From the NCBI GenBank assembly GCA_951406725.2, contig OX597826.1:54684001-54748000 (forward strand): a DNA stretch of 64,000 nt. Direction: 5' to 3'. The DNA is from Octopus vulgaris (lineage: Eukaryota). A program made the translations under genes and the position numbers. This document shows, piece by piece, positions 27,441-40,715 of this stretch. Within the stretch, counting starts at the first letter, position 1; each line of letters starts with the position of its first letter. The notes below the pieces were generated by a model. It ran no database searches. It had not been told where the DNA came from and worked only from the letters and a program-made list of their open reading frames with translations.

Positions 27441-27682
27441 GGTGGTGGTAGTAGCGATGGTTGTGTATGGTGTATGTTGTACGTTGTTGATAATGTTAAT
27501 GGTAGTGGCGGGATTGTGGTGGTGATGATAATGATAATGACGATAATGGTAGTGGGGGAGTGGAAGTGGTGGGGGAGTGGAAGTGGTGGTGGCGATGATG
27601 AAGATGACGATGATGATGATGATGATGATGATGATAATGATGATGATGATGATGATGATGATGATGCTGATGATGATGATGA

Positions 27683-28330
27683 AATTGGCACAACGCGAAT
27701 ACAAAAGACGCCATGGCAATGTGACGTGAATGATCCATTGGGAGCCCTGTGGAAATCACGGCCTACAAAGAGCAAAGACGTGGTATGAGAAACCTCCGGA
27801 AGGAGTCACCGAAAACGAGAATTGCAAAATCCTGAGGGATGCAACGATTCAGTGCAATCACCTGACCAGACATAGGAAACCGGACATTCTTGTGGTGAAT
27901 AAAAAAGAATGTACATGTATGATAATCGACATAGTATGCCCCGGTGACAACAGGATCAGTGTGAAAGAAGACGAAGAAAAATAAACAACTATGACGATTT
28001 GAAGTGGGAAATATGAAGGTTGTGATCAATGAAGAGAGTAGACATGATACCAATAGGAATTAGTGCGCTTGGAAGTATCAGCACTAAACTTCCAACATGG
28101 CTGAAAAAGATTGGTGCAAGTGTGAAGGTAGAATATCTAAAAAATCAGCATTGCTTGGAACTGCCAACATTCTTTGCAGGGTTCTTGAAACATGGCCAGT
28201 AAACAAGTGTCACCTTAGTCTGCTGGCTGTGGACAGCTGACACTTCCCATCATACCCAGCAAAATAAGCTGTGAGTTTTCATACAACAACAAAAACAACA
28301 ACGACAACAACAATAATAATAATAATAATA
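27683..28330 (+). mobile_element. R4/Dong-like non-LTR retrotransposon 3' fragment (restriction-like endonuclease)
   Basis: YKRRH, MIHWEPCG, ENENCKILRD, HRKPDILVVNKK, IIDIVCP, and later SALLGTANIL. Preceded by (GAT)n and ending in (AAC)n(AAT)n. Confidence 0.85.
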
Positions 28331-28674
28331 AATTACAGATTCGGGAAGCATTACGCAATGTATTTCCTGCCTTTTATACAATGAGTTCAAATCCTACGAA
28401 GGTCGACTATTCTTCAACTTTTCCACATCAAATATAGTAACAATCAAATACATATACATGCTTTTAGAAAGAGATAAATCTGGAGAAGTCACTCTAAGAA
28501 GTATATATTTTTCCTGAACCCCATAAACTGGTCTTCACGATTAAAACAGATACATATGTGTGTGTATGTGCATACACTCACACACACACACGCAGTCACT
28601 TATACACACACACGCGTGCATACACAATCACACACTCACATATAAATGTATATGTATATATATGTATATCTATG

Positions 28675-28717
<43 letters not shown>

Positions 28718-29707
28718 ACACGCGCGCGAACACATATATGTGTGTGTGTCTGTGTGTATATACATGCGTGCGCGTGTGCATGTGTGTATTTCTATATTGT
28801 GTGTTTGTGTCTGCGTTTGTCCACTTCTCTGTAACACATTTTATGTTTTTTTTTATGTCCCCCGTAAGTTAGCGATTCAGCAAATAGAGAACAATAGAAA
28901 AAGTACTGGACTTTAAAAAAAAGCACAGGGATCGATTCGTTCGACTAAACCATTGAACGCAGTGCTTCTGCATGGCCGCAGTCCAATGACTGAAACAAGG
29001 AAACGACATCAGATAAAGATTGATTGAATTTAGTTCATCTCAGTAACCTTACTTAGTAACTGTTTCTAGCAACAAGAAAGATATATATATATATATATAT
29101 ATATACATGATAACTATATAATATATAATATATAATTGTATTCCCTAATACTGAATTAAAATTTTGTATTTTGATGAACAACAAACTACTTCACAATGAA
29201 AAAGAACAATATTTTGAATTTAATAGAAAGGACAAGAAAGGGAAAATTTCATTAAAATAATTAATATGTGAGTGTTTAAAGCGAACCAGCTTACAATTCA
29301 TAGAAGAAGCAAAAAGTTATTGTTGCTAAATAGAAAACAAATATTCTTTACTATATTCTATGAAGATAGTAAATCCGGAACTATAGAACGTAGCTCTGCA
29401 TCTAATAACAACGATTAATGTAGACTGAAGGTGATTAAGTGCTTTTATAATATTTATTTGAAAACTGAAGTCCTTTGTGACTATCGCTGTGTATTGGTTT
29501 AAAAACAAATTAATAATTAATTTACCTTGTAGCAAATATGTATATGTACGTGTGCGTGTCTGTATATATTTGTATATAACACACGGATAAATACGTATAT
29601 GTATGTATATGTATGTATATATATATATACATATATACATACATACATAGATATATACACATATACAGACATATATATTTGTGTGTATATGAGTGTGTAT
29701 ACATATA

Positions 29708-29766
<59 letters not shown>

Positions 29767-30147
29767 ATGTGTGTGTGTGTGTATATAGTTTTTGTATTGA
29801 AGCTGAAAAACATCACAGATTGTTTTCAGCTTACAAAGAACACTACATCTTCCTCTATCTCTGTAGTAATTTTCCTCAACTTGTTTGCACCTGACATGCA
29901 CACAGGCATATGTGTGTACGTGTGTGTGTTTGTGTGTGTGTGCATGTGTGTACTTATATATATATGTTTACATATAGATGATTGCTTGGACCTTGAGTAT
30001 ATGGTTAGTAGTATGCCGGTTAAAGCACTTCCAGCCTTTACGCTACCTGATGTTATCCATAGTTACGATATAAGTGCCACTAGATATATATCAGAAATTT
30101 CTCAGTATTCGTTGAGTTTATAATAAATGAAGGACACAGAAAATGGA

Positions 30148-30441
30148 ATTAGCAAGAATCCTTATTCAACACAATAATCGTTTCCTCCCGTCCTGCACCT
30201 GTTCTTTGCAGGTGAGATATTGTTCTTTTACCTGTGTTACTAACAACATTCCAGCGTTCACAACATGCCAAGCGAAACCGAGTATATGTTGAGAAGTATC
30301 TTATCTGAAACGAAACACCCAATGAGATGCAGCCTGCGCTGGTGGATGCAGCATAACTAGCTGTACAACATCCCACCTGCAAGGAAAATATGCAGGATGA
30401 GTCTAAGTGATTGTTGTGTTGAATAAAGGTTCTTGCTAAAT
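30148..30441. repeat. Degenerate inverted repeat (foldback)
   Basis: TTAGCAAGAATCCTTATTCAACACAATAATC pairs with GATTGTTGTGTTGAATAAAGGTTCTTGCTAA. An inner pair is TTGCAGGTG(A)GAT / ATCCCACCTGCAA. Confidence 0.7.
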
Positions 30442-30480
30442 CTACTTGCTATTTATTTTATATATATATATATACATATA

Positions 30481-31225
30481 TATAGAAAAAAGTAAAGAGT
30501 GAAAAAACTACAGAAGGCTTAAATGTTAAAAAATATATATATTTGCATCAATATGTCTGAAGAAATTCTAAACATACACCAAATCATTAAAAGCTACAAA
30601 CAGCCTAAATCACAGCCTAAATGCTCGGGCTGCCACCAAGACTACGTGGGTTCCACGGGACTATCACTCAGACGTAGATGCACACTGCATCGACAACAGA
30701 TTGCATTCCCAGAATATAGAATGATACCTTTTAGTGAGCACATTGAGAAATGCGCAAAGCAACTACTACCACAATTTTTAATCTTTCCATTTTACCAATG
30801 TGCTTTCGGATCATCAACACAAATTAGACCAAACAAGGAAACATTCTTCATTGAAAAATACAAGCCCAGACTCAACCATCCGAACAAACTGATACAGAGA
30901 AATTCACACCACGGGAAAGGAAAATTTTAAGCGATTATCTCCCTTACACCGGAAGAAATCACTCACTACCTTCCCTTATTTAGAACTCTCCTGAACATAA
31001 ACATAACGAAAACTCTATTCAACATAAACATAACGTCGTAAGAAATTTGAAAAGCTACACGCGAAACCGGTCTTTCTTTTAAATTATGTTATTATAAGAG
31101 AAAATATTCTTCAGACATATTGACGCAAATATATATATTTTTTAACATTTAAGCCTTCTGTAGTTTTTTCACTCTTTACTTTTTTCTATATATTCACCCA
31201 CGTGCTTTCACAAACCAACTTTCTT
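30481..31225 (+). mobile_element. Penelope-like element remnant: GIY-YIG endonuclease fragment between ~84-bp inverted repeats, plus 35-bp tail
   Basis: ORF 30523-30930 contains KCSGCHQDYVGSTGLSLRRRCTLH...EHIEKC...KETFFIEKYKPRLN. Arms are 30481-30564 and 31107-31190, the tail is 31191-31225, and (TA)n lies on both sides. Confidence 0.85.
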
Positions 31226-31606
31226 ATATATATATATATATATATGCACGCAGACACCTATATATAGGAAAGTCTATCTATCTAACAATCTATTTATCTA
31301 TCTATCTACATGGATTCATGTATGAGTGCGTGCGTGCGTTTGTGTTTGTGTATGTGAGTGTGTGTGTGTGTGTAAGAGTGTGTGTGTGTGATTGTATTGC
31401 GTGTGTGTGTATGTGTGTGTGTGTGTGTAAAGTCATGTATATGTGTGTGCATTTCTATATTCCTATATATGTAAATGCTCGAGTTCTTTTATGTATTTAT
31501 GCAAAAATATTTCCAATTTTTGTCCTAAATCCTTTATGGCACAAAGGCGAGAACGATCCTTCACATGCAGCCAGTTCATATAGGGGAGCCAGGAATTCTC
31601 ATAGAC

Positions 31607-31679
<73 letters not shown>

Positions 31680-31944
31680 TAGATAGATAGATAGATAGAT
31701 GTACAGGTAGATGGAGAGTTAATAGAATAGATGCTTCTGACGGTCGTTACAACACATTTTCTGTGAAACCAATTTCACTCATAATGCAGGTCCTACATAA
31801 AACAGTAGTGAAAGATTCTTGCCCAGGAGACTAGCAATAGCTGCAAACACAAAACATCAAGATTACCTATCAATCTTCTTAACCAAACAAAGATGGCGGA
31901 GAAAATATAGACAGGGATACATACATACATACATACATACATAC

Positions 31945-31987
<43 letters not shown>

Positions 31988-32232
31988 CACACACATATAT
32001 ACATATATATATATATATATGGATATTGATATGCGTGTGTATATAGATATATGTATATATATATAGTTATATATATACACACACAAATATATGTGTATAT
32101 ATATATATTTGTGAGTATACGCACACACATACTTTGACACGAGCATACAAACTCTTACACACAAAGACTATATCCATTCTATGTCAGTCTGTCTGTTTGT
32201 CTGCCTGTCTGCATCCCTCCTTCTTTCTCTGC

Positions 32233-32301
<69 letters not shown>

Positions 32302-32369
32302 AATGTATGTATGTATGTTTGTATGTATGTATGTATGTATGTATGTATGTATGTATGTATGTATGTATG

Positions 32370-32410
<41 letters not shown>

Positions 32411-32426
32411 GTCTATCTATCTATAG

Positions 32427-32474
<48 letters not shown>

Positions 32475-32818
32475 CTATATATCTGCTAAGAAATCTATGC
32501 TTGTACTTACATATATATGTGTGTATGTGCGTGTACGTGTTCGTGCGTGTGCGTTTGTCTTCATGTGCGTTTGTCTTCGTGTGCGTGTTTGTGTGTCTAC
32601 AAACGCGCACATGTAAATTCATATATATATATATATATATAAACAAAAGACAATCTATATATGTAAATACAATTACAATCGTATTAGAGATGTACTTATA
32701 ATACTCAGAAGGCTATAATACAGGTATGTGCTGCTGCATACACATGCGAACTTGTGTACATATATATAGTAATATGTGTGCAAGTATGGGATACATATAC
32801 ATACACACATGTAAGTAC

Positions 32819-32887
<69 letters not shown>

Positions 32888-33429
32888 TTTATACATATAT
32901 ATATACATGTATGTCTGTGTGTGTATTTGTGCATGTGCGTACACACGCATACACATATATACATACATATATATATAGGTATGAAGTAGAGAACCTTATT
33001 ATGGTATGACAGCATGACTATAAGTGAGTAGCCGGATGATTATACGGTAACAACGAAGCCTTATTAAGCACTAATTAGTTACTCAGATCTTTTGCCAAGA
33101 ATATCTCTGTGATCTGTAATTTGTTTTTTAATTATAAGGGTGTTATTTATCCCTATGTGTTTACAGGATAAATATGTGTGTATGTGTGTGTGTGTGTGTG
33201 TGTGAAGGTGGGTCTAGTCTCATATACATGTATATGTGCGAGAATACATAGACATTTATGTATGTATAAATGTATGTACGTAAGTTTAAATATGTATGAG
33301 AGTTCGGTGTGTATATGTTCGTGTGTTTGCGTATGTGTATGGGATATGTGTGTAATGCACTTATTTGTATTTATATTTCTTTTTATTACTCATTTGTGTG
33401 TGATATAATTGTGTGTGTATGTATATATC

Positions 33430-33476
<47 letters not shown>

Positions 33477-33490
33477 ATTGTGTGTGTGTG

Positions 33491-33527
<37 letters not shown>

Positions 33528-33705
33528 TTATATATAATACATATATATGTATACACATAACCATGCATACACACACACATATATACGCACATATGCGTAT
33601 GTACACACGTATGTATACATGTGTGTAGTGCGAAAATGTCTGTGAAACATAACGACACATACGCCACTATCACCACCAATGATAATAATGATAATAATAA
33701 TAATG

Positions 33706-33799
<94 letters not shown>

Positions 33800-34309
33800 C
33801 GACGACGAACGGTGATGGTGATGATGACGATGATGATGATCATAGATATATGTTTGTGCATAGACATACTTTCGTACACACACATATCTATATATGTATA
33901 TATGTTTGTGTGCGTCCATATGTACACACATATAAACACACGTATCTACACTCACATACTCTATTTACTTTGATGTTTATACTAAAATGATGTGTGACTG
34001 AATGCATACATCAATGTGTGATTTGTTTGCTATAAACAAATGCATTCACACTTTCCTTTTATCCATTTTCACGAGTAGACATAGACATCATTCTTTTCAC
34101 CTGTGGCCTTCCATAGGGAGACATCATTTTTTTTTCTGTTTCCGGTTTCTTTGTTGTTTTAATAATTGTCTAAGTGTTATAGAGAGACTGACGTGGCCTA
34201 CCGTCGTTTCTATCCTTTAATTTATCAGTTTAAGCGTCACGGTTTTCTATAGATGGCCATTGTTATTATATATATATGGAATATATGGTGTTGTGACTAA
34301 TAAGTAGTT

Positions 34310-34520
34310 ATTGATTTCAAATTTTGACACAAGGACAGCAATTTCGGGGCAAAGGATAAGTCGATCACATCGACCACAGTACTCAACTGGTATTTATTTT
34401 ATTGACGCCCTAACCGGCAAATTTGGTCCTTGGCGGAGTTTGAAATCAGAATGTTAAGACGGACGAAATGCCGCCAAAGATTTTGCCCAGCGGGTTAATT
34501 CTCTGAGCTCGCCACCTTAT
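34310..34520 (-). mobile_element. SINE type B, diverged monomer
   Basis: Reverse complement of head and core: GGACGAAATGCCGCC...GAGCTCGCCACC. Confidence 0.7.
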
Positions 34521-35247
34521 ACAAAAACAGATATTGAAGGTGGGAAAAATGAAAGAAAATTAAACGAAAAACACGAAGACTTTTGCTAATCTCCAGTTTA
34601 AACTTTAATCATTCTGATCTAGGTTGAACAGAGAGCCAATCGTGACTATACTGTAGAACGGACTCGATTTTCTTTATGTGTCCTTTATTTAAGAAGGCAG
34701 GGTTTCGTTTGATAAAAATGTTTATGCTATTTCCAACTTGCCCAGGAACCGCCTCGATATGACATCCGTATGTGTGTACACACAACACACACAAACACAC
34801 TCACACACACATGCATATTCAAGCAAACACATATATATATAAATACGCATGTATATATATATATTTTTATCTGTCTACGAATGATAAAGAACAGGAATTA
34901 GGTAAACACTTTCATTAGCTAAAACTGTTTCTACCACTGGAAACTTTGTACTCTAAGCTAAGTGCTCGTGCGAGTTCTTATCAGCTTCCCCGGAGACATT
35001 TAAATATATATTTTTCTTTCTCTCTTTCCCCTTTCTCTTTATACATGCATATGTATACACACATGCACACGCACACACACACACACACAAAACATACACA
35101 CACAAAGAAAAATACAGACATATGTATATAGAACCGCTATTTTGGAATTCGTATATATATATATATATATTTATGTACATATACATATACAGACAGATAG
35201 ATATATATTTATACATATACATATTGATAGATAGGTAGACAGACAGA

Positions 35248-35282
<35 letters not shown>

Positions 35283-35610
35283 GTATATATATATATAGAT
35301 AGATAGACAGACAGGCAGATATATATATATATATATATATATAACGACTGAAGAAGCCTGTCGTATATATATATATGTATGTGTATGTTTGTGTGTCTGT
35401 GTTTGTCCCCCTACTGCTTGACAACGATACGTCCCTCATAGCGGTTGCAAGAACGATAGATAGATTACAAAGAATAGATTTGCTCGATTAAGGCGGTGTC
35501 AGCATAGCAAATAGAAACAAGTAAAAGAAAAGAGAAATATATATATATATATATATAGATAGATATAGATATATAGACAGATAGACGGACAGACAGACAG
35601 ACAGATATAC

Positions 35611-35681
<71 letters not shown>

Positions 35682-37650
35682 CACTATACCGACCAAATTA
35701 TTGGATGTTGTCACAGTGCGCTTACGCGCCTCGTAGCGCTCGAATGATGGCAGCCGGCTGTTTAGGCGGCCAAACCAATATTCCCTATAAACGAAATGAG
35801 ACGTCGATGCAGGGTTATCCATTTCCAAGTGAGTGGACTGTAGGAACGTGAAATGAAGTGTTTTGCTCAAGAACACAACGCGAAACCGGTCTGATATTAC
35901 TGGGCCGCTCGCCTCCACACAAAGGCAGGCACATATATGCCTATATGTGTGTGTGTGTATGTGTGATGCGCGCGCGTCTTTCTGTTGGTGTGTGTGTCTG
36001 TGTGGGTGTCTCTTAGTACGCCTTTGTGCTTACGTTTGTGTGTGTGTCTGTGAGTGCACGACTCTTTGTGTAGGCGAATGTTGATTGCTAACTCGCAGTA
36101 CTTCCTGCTGGTGGATTCACGGGATAAAGTTTCATGTCCCAAGCCTTCATTCTACTGCAAACACGAGTGGAATGTCGAGACTCTTCTCGCTCATGCTACA
36201 TCTATTTGCCATCAAAAAGTGAGAAAATAAGAACGTGGTGGTATTTAATTAGTGCAAAGGTGAGTGATAACCTGACAGCCACAACGAATGCTTCCAAAGC
36301 TGGAGTCTTGAATACCAGTGGGGGGAAATCTGGGTCCCCAAATTTCTAACATATTGAAATTCATTTAACCAAATGTTTCTGTAACTAGAATTTCAGTTCT
36401 TAAATACTTCAAGCCGTCAAACAATACATACATACAAACATACATACATACATACATACATACATACATACATACATACATACATACATACAAACATACA
36501 TACATACATACATACATACATACATACATACATACATACATACATACATACATACATACATACATAAATCCAACACTGGAACTGTAAAAATCTGTAAAAC
36601 TTTCCAGAAGTTTATCATTTAAATACATGTGAGCGTGTCTAGATATGTAACTATATGCGGGAGAATACATACAAATCTGCACATATACATACATGAATAC
36701 ACACTCACATATATACATACATACACACATACATACATACATACATACATACATACATACATACATACGTACATAAATACATGCAAATAAAAATATCCTG
36801 TTGTTGATGTGGAAATTCCAATGAAGGGGCCTTGGATCTAGGTTAGAAACCGGCTCTTTCTCTATTGGCAAGAAATAAAACTGAACAATGACATACATAC
36901 ATACATACATAAATATATACATACATACATACGTATGTACATATGATACATACATACACACGTACATATATACACGTATACATACGCATATATATGTATG
37001 TATCTCTTGCCATATATACGTATTATTCTATTCATCAATCCAGACAGCTATGTGTCTATCTATCTATCAACATACATACATATATAAACACACATTAATA
37101 CGCATGTATAATAAATATGTGTGTGTTGTTTGTGTGTGTAATCCATACTATGCCATGTTTCCTCAAATCCTTGATGGAATCGCACGGCGCCATCATGGCT
37201 TACTATTTGTATTGGGCACCTGTTTAGACCGAGCGAAGGTCACCATTCTTTAGAGTTGGTACAGTTGATCTTTCTAGAAAGAGAGAAAGAAAAAAAAAAC
37301 CCAGAAATGACGAGTGGGAGAAAGGGAAGAACCGACCCAAACAAAGAATTGATACTTTATTTATTGATCCAGGAAAGGATGAAAAACAATGTTGACCTCA
37401 GCGTGATTTGAACTCGAAGCACAGAGAGCCAGAACATCTACTACAAAGCAATCTATCTGACGCTCTAATGACTCTGCAAATTGGCCACCATTGTATATTC
37501 CTGTGTGTATCTATGTATGCATGTGGCTGTGCATGTATGTGAGTATGTGTGTGTAAGTACGCATGTATGTGTATATCTATGTATGAATACATGTGTATAT
37601 AAATATATGAATGTATATGTGCATGTATGAATATATGTATACAGATATAT

Positions 37651-37725
<75 letters not shown>

Positions 37726-38519
37726 TATATGTTTATATATATATAAGCAAATGTATATATATATATAAGCAAATATACAAAGTGAATGTCTGTGTATGTG
37801 TGTGTTTGTGTGTGTGTGTGTGTATTTTTGTATGTATAAATATATGTATGCATGTATGTTCATAAAGACGTATACCTTAAGTATGTGTATACGCAGAGAC
37901 ATCTAGAGAAAGGGAGAAGCAGAGAAGGGGAGAGAGAAAGTCACAAACGGAGAAGAGAGAAAGGGGGAATCAGAGAGAGGCGGAGGTGGCAGAGAACTGA
38001 AGTGAAAAAGAACAGAAAAGAGACAGTAATACAGAAGTTGAAAATAACTGTTAGCCACTTACATGGCACTGGGAAACACAGGATTCGGTGCATGAGATAT
38101 TTCACATTGTTTTGGTAAATTTTATTCGTTGATTTTAAATATACCATAAATTTTCTGTACCAGCGGTGACTATCGAGATATGTTATACTCCTAATTGGTA
38201 GGCATGCATCGATCGGGCACAGGGATTGATTACTACAAAACATTATTGTTGCTATGTCTCGGAACGGTCATGTTTTTTATTGCTAAACAAACAAACGCGC
38301 TATGTATTTGTTCTTTACTCGTATATTATTCTTCTTATTTTATCTTATGTCCATGGTTTGGAAATCATTCGTCACACAACTATGACCTCTTCAGCGACTG
38401 TTCCATACATGTGTTTCCTCCTCTTCTAGGTTTTAAAAAATGCCTTTATATAAGATGTTTATTTATTGTTAGATTACATCCATAGAAGCAGATAATAGTG
38501 AAACAAGCCAAGCAAGTTA

Positions 38520-39130
38520 TCATTTGCTCAGACGTCTCACGAAAGCCGCGCTTCAGAGACTTCTTGTGGTGAGCTGCTTCAGGACACTCACGTTGAATTC
38601 TAGGAGTAATTCGCCATATAGGTATCCCAGCATTACCGGTATCTTCCTTTCATTGTTCTTAAATCATAGTGGAAAATTTTCATCTGTTTATCGCTTAAAT
38701 CACCAAGGTTGTCTGGGAAATAACCCAAGTGGCTGTGATGGTAATGCGTTTTATTGCTCGAATTGACAGCAAGAGGAGAATACGCTTGCCATTAGTAAAT
38801 ATTAGTTACTTGCTTTATGTCTTCAAAGAAATTTTCTTACAACCGAGTGAACGAAAATCATGCGTCTACCTCAGCATTCTTCATTGAGAATGTGGGTTTA
38901 TCATGAATTCTCTGATTGTTAAAAATACTTGCCTTCACATTCTCCATGCTCAACAGTGGAAATCTTCTGCTTAAGTCAAAGCAGTCTCCATCTTTGTTCA
39001 AAGCTTTCACAAACTGTTTCATTAAACCTAATTTCATGTGCAGTTCTAGTAAAATGATCTTGTTTCTGTCAAGTAAATATTCTGACATTACATTCTTTTT
39101 CCATCGATCATGTTTCCTCTCAGAAGCCAT
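38520..39130 (-). pseudogene. DNA transposase relic, Chapaev3-like (CMC superfamily; family name from recall)
   Basis: IILLELHMKLGLMKQFVKALNKDGDCF...FPLLS and, downstream, YFPDNLGDLSDKQMKIFHYDLRTMKGRY. These match the LHIKLGLMKxFVKA and FPxNLGxxSDExGERFHQD motifs. Confidence 0.75.
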
Positions 39131-39402
39131 GTTTTTTTTTAACTCATTAGATTTACTATATGGACTTGAAAGATATATGCTAGTTCACAAAACCATTCCT
39201 TCAGAATCCGATTCCAAAGGGCAAAGATATGGAAGAAACTGAAATAATATCTACCATGTTTTAAACCATGTCAATCAAAAGCTCATCTGAAAAGTCATCA
39301 GAGGGCTTATCCTCAACGGAGTGATCGTGCTGTGTGATGGGGTGTGGTGTGTGTGTGTGTTGGTGGGACGACTATCATCTGTCAAGATGGAGCAATCATA
39401 TT

Positions 39403-39460
<58 letters not shown>

Positions 39461-39463
<3 letters not shown>

Positions 39464-39772
39464 GTCGAGGAAATCGACCCTTGGATTTATTCTGTCAGTT
39501 TCTTTTTTGCTGAACCGCTAAGTTACGGGGACGTAAACACACAAACATCGGTTGTCAAGCGATGGTGCGGACACACACAGACGCAAATACACAAACATAT
39601 ACATATGTATGTGCGACGGGCTTCTTTCTGTTTCCATCTACCATATCCAACTCACATGGCTTTGGTTAGCCCGAGGCTATAGTAGAAGGCAGTTGCCCAA
39701 GGTATCCCGCAGTGGAGCTGAACCAGAAACCATGTGGTTGGGAATCAAGCTCCTTATTACACAGCCTCACCT
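39461..39772 (-). mobile_element. SINE type A
   Basis: TTAGTCGAGGAAATCGACCC...GAACCGCTAAGTTACGGGGACG...CCATGTGGTTGG...ACACAGCC. Confidence 0.8.
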
Positions 39773-39789
39773 GATATATGTATATATTG

Positions 39790-39988
39790 GATCGTTAGCC
39801 CCTACACGCAATTTTTTTCTCTCCTTGTTTCTCTCCTTGTTTCTTTTCTGTGTATCTTTCTGTCGAAGAGCGTAGGTTCGAAACGTAAAAGACTTGTTTT
39901 ATTTCTATTCCTGAGCGCCATACTAATACATTATTTGTTAGTACTCCACCTGCCTTCGTCTTTTGTTTATTTTCGTAAACCTTCCGTT
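39790..39988 (+). mobile_element. ~200-bp TA-anchored element with hammerhead-like core (PLE pseudo-LTR or retrozyme-like)
   Basis: CTGTCGA-A-GAGC-GTAG-GTTC-GAAACGT at 39860-39886; homologous to 41400-41594 and 62190-62372. Confidence 0.55.
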
Positions 39989-40234
39989 ATATATATATAT
40001 AAATATATATATAAATTATATAAATTATACCCCCCAAGTAAACAAAATGTCTAATTCAGAATTTCATCCCAAAACTCAAAATTTGAAAGGCGATAGCGAA
40101 ACCGGTTATGTTGGAAGACAAAAATCTTATTTTATACAATATTGTATAATGCTTTTGCTATTATGATTCTAATATATTCTTTAGTCTTGTAAAACAAATC
40201 TTCTGTTTTTTCATCTTATTTCTTCCCGTATACA

Positions 40235-40269
<35 letters not shown>

Positions 40270-40271
40270 TA

Positions 40272-40715
40272 ATAGGCATCCGTCGGTCTCAAAAAACCAT
40301 TTATCTTTTGGACCAAAGAAACTGTGTCAGCTGCTGATGGTGATGCATCGCTTGCTGTGGTTATAGAGGATCACACAGGAGTGCAGTCACGCATACAGCG
40401 ACGGTTTTTGAAGGAGCTCTCTACTGGCGCTACTCGGTTTTCTTTCCGTTCAGTGCGTTGGTCTTTAGTGGTGACTTCCTGCCTCTCTTGTCCTCGCTTC
40501 ATCTCCTTTCGCAGTATTTGTCTCCAGCGTGGGTGATCATTTGCGATCAATTTCTATCTCAGGATGTCTAAATCAAGCGACTTCATACTTCTCTTGTAGA
40601 CGTCCTTGAAACGAAGACGAGGTTGTCCTCGTGCTCTTGTGCCGGTGGCAAGTTGCCCATACGGTTTTATTTTTGATCATCCCGTCCGGCATGCGATGTA
40701 CATGACCGAGCCAGT
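40272..40715 (-). mobile_element. RTE-clade LINE 3' end
   Basis: Minus strand WLGHVHRMPDG, with 3' terminus GAGACCGACGGATGCCTA resembling the end of the 19955-20985 element. Confidence 0.8.
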
